Source: Psilocybe cubensis
Lineage: Eukaryota
Reading direction: 5' to 3'
Assembly (NCBI GenBank): GCA_017499595.2
Contig: CM039003.1
Span: 1,984,001-2,048,000, forward strand
DNA: 64,000 nucleotides
Shown here one piece after another: positions 1 to 18,076 of this stretch; the first letter of the stretch is position 1; each line of letters opens with the position of its first letter. Under the pieces are notes generated by a model. The model saw only the letters and a list, made by a program, of their open reading frames with translations. It searched no databases and was not told the DNA's origin. The position numbers and the translations under genes were made by a program.

Positions 1-60
1 TTCAAGATTCTTTTTTACGAACAAAGATATTAATCATGAGGTACAGATATTATGTGCGCT

Positions 61-1086
61 TCAAGGGTTCTCAACTGTTTTGGGAGGGGGAACTGATGTC
101 AATTTCCTCAATGAAACATCATAGACAACTAAGAATAAAATTACTAAAGAGAGCTGATGTCGTTACAGAGATATACTCACCTTCTTCGATTTTTTTGATG
201 TCGTACTTGAGGCTGTCAAACCTTCGGCGTAGTGCATCATTTTTCAAGTTAAGCTATTTGGCAGCAAATCTTAAGATGCTTTTTGACAAAAAAATGGTAA
301 GACGTTTATTACCATCGAGAATCCAGCAAATAGCTCTTTCACAAACGTTGAAATTTTGATTGGCTCTTCGAAGTTACCCAAGGTCACCGCATTTACAGCC
401 AATCGAGACTAAAATTCCGTATCAGAATTGCGTACGTTCACATAGAGAGGTACGCACAAGTTCATTGACCAAGCTAATCAATGCATGAAGATAATCCTCC
501 GCAGGCAGCGCCATTCTATCGCTGCATTCCGCTGTAACTGTGATAGGGAAGTTAGTCCTTCATCTCTACCGACAATATTAAAATATATGATTACTTCCAA
601 GCATTTCTGCGGTTTGAGCGATGGTAAGTAGTGTCCTCTTGGATAGATACTCAATCAGTACGGCAGCATAGACTGCAGTCCGTAGGGAATTTGACCACAT
701 GTCTTTCCATCTCCAAAATTGATTTTCAGGGATGATTTCGGACAACTTGGAGGTCACATCCCGACAACTGAACAGAATAGGGCGCACAGATTCTAGCAAT
801 GCAGGCACTGCGTACAACGAGAACGAAATATCAGTTAAAGTATGCACAATTGCAACACAAAGAACTGACTTGCATCTGATGGCGTGGAATGAATTTTGTT
901 GAGAAGGCCAGCCATAATTCGTGTTTTCTTATCGAGTTCATTGACTTGTTCCTTTATTTTCTTTGATTTACATGATCAGTATAAGCTCAAGATTCTCACC
1001 CAAGGAAAACTGTAGCGGCGGACCTCACGCAACTCAATATCACTATCAAGTAGCTTGTTAATGTGCTCCAATTCGTTGGATTCCAT
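61..1086 (-). CDS. TSN: Translin (multi-exon)
   Basis: Spliced exons give MESNELEHINKLLDSDIELRE...EDYLHALISLVNEL/SRLAVNAVTLG...LNLKNDALRRRFDSLKYDIKKIEE/VVYDVSLRKL, the hallmark translin motifs. ATG at 1086, TGA at 61-63. Confidence 0.93.
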
Positions 1087-1400
1087 TATCGTTAGTAAAT
1101 TGTGTGCTTTTAATCTGTATGGCTTGTGACAATTTTGAACAGAATTAGGTTGAAACTGGGACTGACAACCTGTGCACAGGAACGGAAGAGAAGTTAAATC
1201 TTATCTTAAAGGTTTGATCAGGGTGTTTGTCCTGCTCTGACGCCAAGACTTCGCGTGACAGTAATTTAGGGAAAATGTATCACGTGAATGGATCGCGTCT
1301 TGTGGCCACGGTCACCTTTGGGTCGCCTTGAAGGAGTCTTGTTTCCAATTTCCAAGGTTTGACTCTGAGTCCAGAACTTCTTTACATACTCACCGCTACA

Positions 1401-4315
1401 ATGCAAACTATGGGACCTCCACCTGCTAAGTCTCCAGAGAAACCTCTTCTTATAACACCCTCTGCTTCTCCGCCTCCTACGAGATTATCAAGTCGAATAT
1501 CTGATGGTGCCTCGCCGACGAAAAAGCCACGTTTCAATTCAATAGCGCGTCTAACACCCTCCGATGCTTCATCTTATGCATCACGTACGATTAATCCCGA
1601 AGATGTACAAAAGGAACGCGCAGCTTCAAAAATGCGCCTGTTTGACGTATGGTCCAGTTTAGCAGAGCGCTATACCGTTCCAGTGGAAGAGGACGACATC
1701 ATCAATATTCAAACGGGGGAAATTACAAGGGACAATGGCTATTTGCGAAGGTCCAAAAAGCTGGAATTCGGTAGTATTGCTCTAGGGGATGTACCAGCAG
1801 AAGATTATGACAGCCCAGAGGAAGAAGAGGATGAGTATGACATTGATGAACTTGACGCGTTTGCAGATGACGCGTCCGAAATCAGCTATCAAGATATGGA
1901 GGGCCATCCTGACGATGAACACATAGAAAGAGACGTGCCACCCTCAACGATTCTTACTGCTGCAGATGCAGAAGATTTACGAGAGTTCATGAACGCAGAG
2001 CGCTTACGAAGGGAACTTTGTGGAAGCGACTTAGAAGACGAGGAAGTGGAAGGCTACACTAGTCCAGAAGAGGAGAGGACTGACAGTGTTGAACAAGCAG
2101 AACACTCTACTTTCCCGAAGTCTATCATATCTGAAGAACCTGAGCTTTCCATTGGCGACGAAGAGGACGTGGCTTCACAGGAAGAACGAAAAACAACCGA
2201 CGGAAATACTCTAGAAAATCTTAATCGACCTTCTACCGAAACTGTTTCTGAAGACGAACTTGACAATTGGAATATAGACGACGCCAATGTTGTCTACCCT
2301 ATAGCGAAAGAGGAACAATTTAATGACCATGGCCGCAGCAACACCGATAGTGAGATCGAAATAATTGAACATTTCAACCCCAGCTCCTCCATACAAAAGT
2401 CGACTTCGAGGTCTCAACAGCGTATATTTACCGATGAAACGCCCGCTATACTACGCTCTCGTCGTCAAGTACACGAACCTTTACACCAACTATATACACC
2501 TCCAGAGTCCAGCTCTTCGTCACGCCCCTCCGCAACCCCATCAAGGAATGTTATTGATTTATCTCACTCATCATCTTCCAGTTCTAGTCCTTCTAAAACT
2601 CGTTCTGACACACCGCGCAATGTCAACGATCTGAATTACATTTCTAATACTGCACCAGATACTCCTGTGCCTCATATAAACCTTGCTTATCTAAAGAAAG
2701 GAAAAAAATCACGTTCGCCATCGAAGTTGTCGTCTGGGATGTCATCAAAGTCACCTACAAATACGTCCACAAAACTCCCTACTGCCCAACCGTTTGTATT
2801 AATTACACCGAGACAATATTCTACGCAGCTTAAGTCCGAGACGAGACATCCAACCGCACCAGTTCGCAGATTTGGGGAGACTGGAACATCTATACAGAAA
2901 GACGAGGACCCGAAGCTAAGTCGAACGTCGAAAGGCAAAAACAAAGCGGTTGACTTATCCGAGGATTCTCAACAACAACAATCTCGCACGCAATGTCTTC
3001 CTTCATCTATCAAACAGGGCAAAGTGCAACAACAATCACTGCAGGATTCAATACCTTCCAGCGATGAAAGCGAAGCTCCTATCGAATCTTCTCCCATAAC
3101 ACCGCTACGTTTTGGTGTACCCAAACGCAAACAAAATACCGTCAGAGTATCTCCAAAATCCAAAAATATTAAAGCAACCATGGTGAAAGATCATAATGGA
3201 CGCAAAGAAACTTATCGCCAATTTCAGTCCGATAATTCTCAATCATCACCATTTAAGAAGCGAAAACGCGCATCGTCCGATGTCAATTCTGACTTTTCGG
3301 ATTATGCTGTCCAAGAGCGCGAGAGTGAAAGCAGCCCGCTTAAATCCATCAGAGCTCCAAGTAGGCCGTCATCGTCATCATCTTTTCACGCACCTGCAAG
3401 TAAGTTCAAATCCCTTGGTCGGTCGATGTTCGTGAACTAACGACGATGATAGATAATGAGCATCACCGTCAGAAGCCCCGAAGTAGAACACGGGCTGGGG
3501 GAAGACGTGCAAATGAATATTCTGCTTCGGAAGATAACTATGATAGTGAATCCAGTGAATCTGAATCTGGGGATCGACATCAACGTAGAAAATCTGATTC
3601 CGGCGGTGTTCCAATGCCAGTTCCACACCATGGTTATCACCATATACCTTATGCATCGTCTCACTATGCCCCACAACCCTTACCAGACCCGCGGGCCCAA
3701 CTTATCATATCTCAGGCTATGCAGCAACTCTCGGCATTGGTAGGAGCGACCTGGACACCTTTGCAACAGTATATGGAAGGGTCGGTGCCTAATACACCTC
3801 ATCGTCGCCACGATGTTCGGTTGCCGAACGGTCCCTTCATTACGCCCACCCATCATCCTCATCCGTATTCTTATATGTACGACCCTGCCCTTTCGAATGC
3901 AACTCTCCCACCTGAATCTTCGGAGTGTGATTCCTCCCCCACCAAATTGAGCTCTGGACGCCGCAAGTCGCTTGTGAAGAGAAGTCGGTCACGAGGGAGA
4001 CGCGTTTCATTTAATCTAGACGCAGATGCAAGGCAAAGAATGGTAGATGAAGTTGACGGGTACTCCAGTCCTCCTGTCTCAATGTCGTCGAAAAATCTAT
4101 CGACGGATGTTCGACAGGCTTCGTCGTCTCGGGGCGATAAAAGCGTTAATACAAAACAAGTTGGACAGAAACATAAAAGAGAGAAAACACCAGGACGACG
4201 GCAAGAGTTGACAGACAACGATGAATCCGACGTTGAGCTAAAGAGGAGAGGCCGAACACCAGGACCCAGTATAGAATCTTGTAGTGCCAGGAAGGGTTCG
4301 AAAAAGCGTCCTTGA
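1401..4315 (+). CDS. SCM3: Large low-complexity protein with an N-terminal Scm3/HJURP-like (CENP-A chaperone) domain
   Basis: ERAASKMRLFDVWSSLAERY...DDIINIQTGEITRDNGYLRR resembles the Scm3 domain (W..I..KY...D.IDL.TGEI..DNGHL). ORFs 1359-3440 and 3446-4315 are joined by a GTAAGT...TAG intron at 3400-3452. Confidence 0.72.
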
Positions 4316-4502
4316 TCACTCTTGCTTCAAATTGTACTACTTAATTAGTTTCTCTGACGTCATATTATCCGGGCCGCAGAGGTTGATGCGTTGAAACTCC
4401 GCTAACTAAATTTCAATCATGTACTATGTAGTAGCTCAAAACGTTTCTACAAATACTACATTTACGCGATCTTCATTTTTGTCTGGCAGTTAACTGGAAA
4501 AA

Positions 4503-8959
<4,457 letters not shown>

Positions 8960-9071
8960 CGTAACGATGACAATCTGTGATCAAGAAAGTTTATTAAGAT
9001 TAAGTCATACCGTAGGGATAATAACGTGTGTCGTGTCAGTAATAATACAGTACATAATATACAATCTTGTA

Positions 9072-12000
9072 TCAAGTTCGTTTCTTGGGTATAAACATCG
9101 TTTGTTGCTTGGGCTTTTTACGAGGGAGTGGCGGCTTAGAAGTATTCGATGATCCTGAATCAGATATATCTGGGCGTAATGGCCTTTTGATGCCCTGTGG
9201 CAGCGGTCGTGGAGTAGACGATGAGGATGAGATATTTGAGTCAGCAGTGCCCTGCATTGAGACATCTGGCGTCGCAACAAGACTAGTTCCCGACAGTCGC
9301 TGAAGTTTAGATGAAGCAGGAGGGACTGCATCAATGTCTAAAGGCCTTTTAATCCCATGGCCAGGCACCAAGTGTACTTCTGAAGGAACAGTATTGCTTC
9401 CAATAGACGAAGAAGGTAAAGCATCAACGACTTGGCCACTTGTTCGAACTGTTTGACTGGCTTCAACAGAGGCCTTTAATTGCTGAGGTGTCACAAGATC
9501 TGGAGGTGGTATGGGGGTCTGAGAAGGTTTCGCTACTGGGCGTGTCTTTTTCTTTGACGGTGCATCTTTGATTTCTTCAGAGGTCGATGCCCTTGAAAAG
9601 TAGTTTTGATCAATCTGTAAAGTTTTATAAGTATCTTACTCATGGCAAACATGTCCATCAGCTCACAGTCACCAAAGCAGACCTAGTACGAGCATCTTCA
9701 ATAATTTTCTTCCATGTTGGGTCACTCCTTTCAAGAGTGGGAGTATGCCCCAGGACAAAAAGAGACGATTTAGCTCTGGTAAGGGCTACATTCATTCGTC
9801 GAATATCTAAAGCATTACTTGGTGAGTAGATGACTGGAGGGATGACCTTATTAATTACCCGATAAGAATCCTACAGTTTGCAAACCAGGTCCTGCCCTAA
9901 CACAAGAGAGAATGATGATATCCTTTTCTTGACCTTGAAATCCATCGACTGTGTTGAAATCGACCTTTGAAAGGACGTCATTTCCGAAGCGATCCACAAA
10001 CATTCTGCGAAGAGCATTTATCTGGGCTTTGTACATGGAAACAACGCCAATACGCAAAGTAAAATCGACTGAAGAGAAATCTCGACGGAGACGATTGTAC
10101 AAGTCGGCAGCGGTATTACATTCTGCGGAATTTTTAATAGAGTGCCCACTGGATTCTTCTATCCCCCATGATACATTCAAAAATTTATATGTGCCAAACA
10201 TCGGATGTGAGTGCCATGGTTGTTTAGTTTTTGTTGCCATATTAGGTCCATCGAGTAACTTCTTGTCGTAAAATATTTGGCTGGGAAGACTGCTTATATC
10301 AGGGTGCATACGATATTGGATGCTAAATATTGATAAAGAGTAAGTCCCAGAGAAAGAACACTGTTCAATGCCGTACTTGCCTTAGTAGGTTAATGGCATC
10401 TTTGTTACTTTGCTGGAGGCGAACAAAGAGGGATTGGTTGTATCCAAAACGGGAAGCCTGAAGTTATAGAGTGTGAGATACAAATCCACAAAAATTAATG
10501 TATGTGATAATGCTCTTACCTCTTGAGATAAAACCGTTGGAGGGAGTTGCTGGGGATCTCCGACCATTACGCAACGTGTGCATGCATATTTGAGCGGAAT
10601 TAATGAACTGAGTTCGATTGCTTGAGCAGCTTCATCAATGATGATCATGTCGAACTCCAGGTTTTCAAGAATTTCATGGCCTGCGCCAGATAAAGTGCTG
10701 CAAATGACATCGGCTTGAGTTATTATATCACGTCGAGTGTTGCGCCGAAGAGTATCAAGAGTTCGGGAGTCTGACTTTTGTTTGTCTTTTTGTGCATCCA
10801 GTTTAGTAATGAGGGCCTGCCTTCTGGAGTTGAGAACTTTGACTTCATTCTCCAGTGATGTTTTGCGTAACGAGCCTCCCGCCAAGTTCGTCAATTCAGC
10901 TAGCTTGACGATTCGGTTCTGTTTGACAGATTCAAGTTCCTGACGAATAGACCGAATCTCATCTCCCAGATCGTTCGACGATTTGGGGGTGTTGTCAAGT
11001 CTCTGTTCAACAAGATAATCAAGGGAAATGTCTCGGACAGTAGCACTAATAGCCTGATCTGCGCCTATTCGGACGATATTCAGGGGACGAGAGTTGGAGT
11101 TCTTCTGAGAACCAACGAAGCCGTCTTTGATTCTCTGACCCAACTCATCAATAGCAGCGTTACTGGGCGCACAAACTAGAATTCTGGAAGTCGGCGCAAC
11201 CACCTGAGACGCGTTACTTTCGGGTGCGGATCTTCCGACTACAATGGGCACTGCAGCTCGCGGTCGTTGCGACAAAAAGCGAGCGATGAGGCCGCATATA
11301 GTCGACGTTTTACCCGTCCCGGGGGGACTAAGATATACCTATATCAGATAGAAACAGTGATGAACAATATGTGCCATACCCTTGTATAAGGGAGAACCCC
11401 TTGGTTTGCATTGCTTTGAGAATAGCAGTAGCTTGCGGTTGGTTAACTTTGTAGGTTTCCATAGTTTCTTCAAGGTCCTGAAGATTAACGTTGGAAGTAG
11501 TCGGAAGCGATGGTTTCAAAATGAAGTCGCACATGTCATTGTATTTTAATGACACCAGTGCGCCATATTCTCTGTGCAAAGTACTCAAGCTACAAAATGT
11601 CAACATGGGTAAATAAATAAAAGACATTTACTACCTTAGAACCTTGCTGATTTGCCATAGAGTTGATATCTGGAGTCCCGGGTCACCCATTTCGCCTTGA
11701 ATATAACAACGAACCACAGCAAATATCCCTGTCGGTAGAGCCCTGTAGCTTTTGACTTTGGCCATTAAACATCTATCAATTCCAGGCTTTCGCAGGAGAA
11801 TGACATCCGTTTCAGCCAAATACCAATCTTTTTTGACACTTTCAGATATTGTAATGTCTATGTCGAGCCAGTCATCAACATATTGGCGAGATTCCACTTT
11901 ACATTCGTATGATTCCTGCTTTTCTTCTTTCGACTGTTGAAGTTGTGCCCAACATTCCATGAGAAGGAGGGGCCGAAAAACACGAACGTAGTACTCGTAA

Positions 12001-15000
12001 TTATCGAAGCGAGAAGGGACGGTCAAGAGGTTGTACGGTTTTCCAGGTGGGATGGGTCCGAGATGCGTATAATCCCATGATAGAATTACTTTGTGCAAAT
12101 CAGTGATATCGGGTCTCATGCGCATAGCATTATAATGTGCCTGCCTATTCCGCATGAGCCTTTCTTCTGCAAAGGTGGCTTTAACCGGTATCTCCAGGGT
12201 CTTGATTTGACGTCGTTCGACTGGTTTGGGTTTCTTAGGAGATTTCGGTTTGGAGTCTCTGAATGCTTCAACTCCAGGACCATCGTCCGAGTCCGAGCCC
12301 GAATCACTAGAACTGGATTCTTCTGAGGAGTGGACACGGGCAGAAAGAGCTTCGTTTTTTGGCCCTGTCTTTGTGAGAGGCCTTCGGGTATCTACAGTTG
12401 CTTTAGAAGAACTAGTCACTATGGAACTCGAACCGTATTTTCGGAAAGATGGAATGGTCACTGTGGCGTCAAGCTGCCTCTGATCCTTTTCGCTAAAGGT
12501 CTTAGAACCCGATACACGGGCAGTAGAAAAAGGAATTGTTGCTTGTGTGGTTCGATTCGCCGCTTTCGAGGTGTGTGATTTTCCCTGAATGTATGGGCGA
12601 GTGACTGTTTCATTTTTTATGGCAGGCTTCTCAACTACAGGTCTCTGAGTTGGTTTCGTATGGGATATCACTACGACTTCTTCATCATCATCCTTTTTAT
12701 CGGGTTTAAAGTGGGAAAGGAGTTCCGATAATTGAAGCAGGCGGCCACGATCAAGGCGGGTTTTTAGTTCCCTAGCCTCCTTTGGCACATTACGGGCACT
12801 GTCAACATATTTGCCAAGTTTTTCAAGCGTAGAATCCAATGGGTGTACATGCGTTTCCTTCATCAGACTGAAAACACTTTGTAAAAGTGAAAATGATTGG
12901 TGAAGGAGCTCTTCATCGGTCAGCCGAAGCCACCTTATCAGCTCAGGGAGGAAATCTTGGAGTGCACCAATCATTTGAAGTCCAATTGGAGATGTCTCCC
13001 CGCGTTTTGTTGACTTCAAAGAAGCCTCCACAGATGCATTCGCTGCCTTTTCTATTACTCTCCACTGAGTCACGGCATCCTTGGCCAGAATAAGTGCGTC
13101 TCTCATCCAAAGAACCATATCGGGAGTGTCGATATGCTGTGCCCACATCGAGGCACGAGCATAAATAAGGCAAAGGGACTTGGTCAACAGACTCCAGAAT
13201 TTAAGCATGCGATGAGCGGGTCCAGTAGGGTCATTCGGGCGTAAAAAATGAGCGTTGTGAAGCAGACCGTCTGGACTGGCACACAGAACATCTAAAATGT
13301 CTGCAAAACATCGAACAAGCGCAGCAGACAAGGAACTTGCTTCCGGCATTTTTGATGCGTAAGTGTGGAAATTGGTTAAAAATACAAAAACACCATCTAA
13401 TGCTTCATTTGGAAGATTTGCTAGTAGCGACCGAAAACAGTCCATTCGACCATCGACGTCGAATGCTAAACCCGCCAAAGTCTTCCCTGCTGTCTGATAG
13501 TCTTCAACAGGAGAAAGAAGTAATAATGTAACAGCTTTTCCGACACCGGGGAGCTGTATTATATCGAAGGCGGCTTGACTGGACATGTTATAGTCTGCAA
13601 AACGCGATATCGAATCCGAGAACCCATCTTGAATTGTCTGGATGGCTTGATTGACAGTTTTGATAGTGTTGTCTCCGTCGGGAAAATTCCACTGTTTCGA
13701 AAAGATGGACTCTTTAATAAAGTCTATATGGGCGACTTCCGAAACAATGCCAACAGCTGTTGCGATAGCATTCGTGCTTCGTATTGAAGAGTAATATATC
13801 CGCCATATGGACGAGTGGAGGGACAATGCTGGCAATTCATCACATTTAATTTGCCTTTTCTTCTGTGACAAAATTTGACAAAGAGTTACGATGGCTCTCT
13901 CGAGAGAACGCACATCGTTCTTGAGGTAATCTTCGAGAAAGGCTTGCGCTGAAGCCGTAGCTGCCTTTATTGTATCATCACCATCTACAGTATAGTCAAT
14001 GGAAGCGACGGTAGCCATGTGAGTTTTTAGTGTCCTCGTTACAAGGTCAGTGTTAGCTGGGCTTTTGTCAACAAAAGATTTCTGAAGTTCTTTGTGGAGA
14101 ATCTGGATATACATAGAGTTGAGCATCATTGTGTTCCCGAGGACAAAAGAAGATAAGCTACCTGTATGACAATCATCAACAAAGGATACTGACAATTTTG
14201 GAAACGCTCCTGCTGGCTATCTTCAAAGAGACAGTTGATGGTCCTTTCGAACACGATACCATAATAACTGTAATCACGTATAGTAGATACGTATTCCTGG
14301 ATCCAGGCGAGATGTGATGAAATTGACTCTGACGACGAAAGATGATTGGCATAGAATGGGTTGCCTCTGATAGCGTCAAAAACATTTGCAGGGTATTCCG
14401 GTCCTTCGCCACTCCACATATTTTTAGAGAGGCGCTTTAGCAAGAGATTGAAACATTTGAACACAACGGTAAAATCTGTGTGAATTAATAAGACCACTAG
14501 GGAAAGCAGGTATCAATTAAATGCGTACAAATGTCTTGATCTCTAAGGTGGCTTATCACTTTGCGTTTAAATTCGAGGGGCAAAGTAGAGTTTGATTTAA
14601 ACCAGTCCGGTGGCACCAATCTCAGAAGAAGATACACCCCAGACCACAAGTCTATACCCTTTGCGAAAGGAAGGGACTTTATAACTTGCTCATTCTCCGC
14701 CGTTAACGGGAATTGCTGTGATTCACCTGCTCGGGGGTCGCGAGACGTGTCGATGGCAAATATTACCAGCTCCATGGCCTTGAGGTAAGAAGCTGAGAAT
14801 AGCGAGAGGTCGATGATTCTGCTTCTAGATGCATAGTTTGTTGCCCACAGTCGTAGATCGCTATGGTTGGATATTAACAGAATTAAAAGGCCAGAGGGTA
14901 AAGGATGATCGGGCCATTCTTCCGTATATTTAGCCGGAGTATGAGTTTTGAGGTAGGATAATACTTCAGAGTTGCAAAAAATGGCCCAATTGGATATCAT

Positions 15001-15548
15001 TCGGTACAGTGTGGCTGTTGGTGCGTTGTTTGATGCTTGCCCAGCGCCTGTGAGTTTATGTAAATCCCTGACAACTTCATTGGCCTCCCACTTATCGAAC
15101 TCGACAAAAAATGCCCTCAATATGTCTTGGCTAAATGCAGCAAGATATCTGGAAGATATTCCAATTAGCAGGGGATTGGGAAAAAAATGGGCACGGTCTA
15201 GTGTCGTCACCAAACGTACGTAGTCCGCGAAGTCACTTTCGCGATTTCGAGTCCACGGGCACAAAAAGCACACGAGGACAAGCAATGATGCAGTCTCTTC
15301 TTCCACTCAACAACCTGAGGGCTATTATATGCCATCAATCGAATCAAAAAGGTTGCTGCATCGACAGTTGTAGCTTCCGCTTTGTCACAAAACCAGTGAA
15401 GACCCCCATCGGGATTCGGAGGGATACTCATTAGAAATGAGTAGATTCCCTCAAGGATAGAGTCTGTCGCAGCGGCAGTATCTGCCGGCTTTTCTCGAAG
15501 TAGCTCAAGCGTCTTTTTGACATTAAGAACATCACTGCCGACGGGCAT
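9072..15548 (-). CDS. SEN1: Sen1/senataxin Upf1-like SF1 helicase with SEN1 N-terminal domain
   Basis: N-terminal LHWFC...CLSSCAFCARG; SLIQG/PPGTGKT, CAPSNAAIDE, IIDEAAQAIE, VGDPQQLPPT, QYRMHP, TVDGFQGQEKD. Confidence 0.95.
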
Positions 15549-15985
15549 AGAATGTGTCGGTTAGGTCGAATGTAAATGCAGTTCTAGGCGTTGAACGGGA
15601 CAGTTTGTGCGACAGGACAGAAAAATGAGCCACCGAGATCACGCAGCAGAAGGGCCTGAGGCACAGACGTTTTGCAAATGTTTAACGAGACAATGGTTGG
15701 TGAAAGGTCAAGGAAAGGTTACTTTTGTATAATTAAATCGGCCGCCAGCAACTTGACGCGCTCCCTTCAAGTCACGTGAATCACACTTATCACTTCCTCG
15801 TGTTCAAGATATAGTAAGTATAAAATCGACTTCATCAAGAACTTTATGGACCTAATATGTCTTTTGGATACATAATGCCAGATTTGTTCTTCGTATCCAA
15901 TGCGGTATCCTCAAATTGACCTTGAAAGCATATAAATATTCCTTTTGGAAACTTTACTATCTATCTTGGTCAATTTCTTCTATAG

Positions 15986-17150
15986 CGCGGCCTTCCTGGA
16001 CCTAACAAAATATGCTTCCATACATTCGAGCGACACAGGCCTTACATTTCAAAGATTTTCCGTTACACTGTAGACCTAAAGTGCAATCGTAAAAGTAGGG
16101 AGTTTCTGGATCAGGCAACGCGTTATGAAGTTTGTTTTTTACTTACGCGTTCAAAAACTGCCAGTGGTTTCAGACTCATAAGGTCCTGGGAGTACTAATT
16201 GGACCAATTGCATTCGTTATGATGGCGACTTTCATCATTATGACATATTTTACAATTACATATCGGCGTGTAAATCATCTAACGGTCTAACTGGAATGGG
16301 GGCATAAACATTTCGGCAAGAATTGCTGGGGTTTGGTGTATCCACGCATCGTTCACGCACCACGACCCTAATTTGTCGGCCCGACTTTATTGGACTAAAC
16401 TCATCAATTTCGAGCGATGTATCTATCAAACTCGTAAGAAATTTAGATATGCATTGCGACCCGCAAACTTGATGGCAAAAACCTTTAAGTATTTTACTTT
16501 CGTGTGTCCAACATAGCCATGCAATTTATTACCGGATATCCCGAGAGTCTACTTGAGCAGACGTGATAAAGAATTTTGCAGGCGATAAAATATCAGGATC
16601 AACACAACCTTCGAATTTTGGCTGATGTGCCCTACAGAGTGGTTTGAGCCCTTCATGACTTTACTGAAGGATGGTTTTAAGGTCAAGTAACACTTTTTCG
16701 TAATTGTCATAAAAGAGCGAAGGCGAGGCGCGACCTGTGCGTGAGGTAACTGAAAATTCACAAATTGATTCTTGTGATGAAGCATTCGAGCTGATCAAAT
16801 GCAGCAGCTTGATTCACATTGTGATTGAGACGCAACCAAAGCATATTTGGTTAACTGGGAAAAGACATTCATCCCAGCAACGGAAGACATCAACAAACGA
16901 CCTGTTTGTATAGATATGGGATACACGATATATTAGAGGTTAAAATCTTATCGAGGATATATCTGACAAACAAGTACCCGGCGAGAACTGATCCAGTCCC
17001 ATTAGATGCCAATGGAGTTTTGAAGTGAGGAAGGGCCCAGTGCATCCCTCTATGGACTACAAGGCAACATATCTCCCCCCGGGTTGGCATCAAACTAGCG
17101 TTTCGCCATACCTTGATGTCACTACAGCCATGAGATGTATTGGAATGACC
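15986..17150 (+). pseudogene. Possible decayed gene remnant of unknown family
   Basis: An AG...GT-bounded open exon-like block (15986-16129) is followed by protein-like frames (e.g. FEFWLMCPTEWFEPFMTLLKDG) broken by stops and frameshifts. Confidence 0.3.
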
Positions 17151-17184
17151 TTGCAGTGAAGAAAATGGAAACATATCCACTAGA

Positions 17185-17650
17185 TTATCCTTGGATGGTT
17201 TCCTCGGTGTCGGCGGGGTTCGACTGCTGGTTATCAAGCAGTAAAAGTTTCTCCTCTGCGGGTGAAAGGGTGAAGAAAGAATTTATCTTTCTCCGAGCCC
17301 ATCTTCTTGGCTGCAAACAAGCAATACAAAGGTCAGAAAAAGTAATTGGACAAAAATGTTTCAATGAACTGACAGCCTGAAATACATGCTCTTGGTCCCC
17401 GAAATCATAAAGGAATACGGAGTAAAGAACAATGCCTTATAAAAGGTGAGATAAAAGAATAGACTGCAGTAAGATTTATTTGCACACCCGGAATAACAGC
17501 CCAGGAAACCAGACCGGACCCGACATAAACCCATGGTGGCCTAAAATCTTCGCCAGGTCCTTCCATTTTTTTTGGTGTAGGATGGATATTCGTAGACATA
17601 GGTCTATGCAATCGTGATGAATATGTACGCAATATTCTTGTAAAGGACAT
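17185..17650 (-). CDS. Small (~115 aa) probable mitochondrial single-pass membrane protein, 3 exons
   Basis: Arg/Ser-rich N-terminus MSFTRILRTYSSRLHR, hydrophobic span SGLVSWAVIP/GIVLYSVFLY, then DFGDQEHVFQA/PRRWARRKINSFFTLSP. Canonical introns. Alternative ATG at 17659. Confidence 0.75.
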
Positions 17651-18076
17651 GCTTCGCATAGTGTAGGAGGCGCTGAGTATACGTTGTTCAAAGACTCAAC
17701 CAGGTGAAGTTCGTGCATCAAATGCCCGGCAAAATCACGAGTGCAGAATACAGCGCTTGCGGACCGTACGGCCCGTGTCCATCAAAACACGTTGTTTACC
17801 CCTGAGCAAGAGAGAAATTGCGACGCGACTTTCGACACGAATAATTAGTAAATGAGCACGGTATATGGAAGATAGCTATTAGGTAAAGTTCAGAGAAAAC
17901 CTCCCGACATCTTTTTATGCTGAAGGTCGAATTATCGATTTCAATATTGTATGCTTCAATGAAGTGGAGTCAAATGATATAAATAGGTGGTCATGCTCCA
18001 GCTCAAGACTCTGTGAGAGGATGGAACATAAACTCGTTTCATTCTTTCTTGTTTCTCATCTATCGCAAGAATTGCC

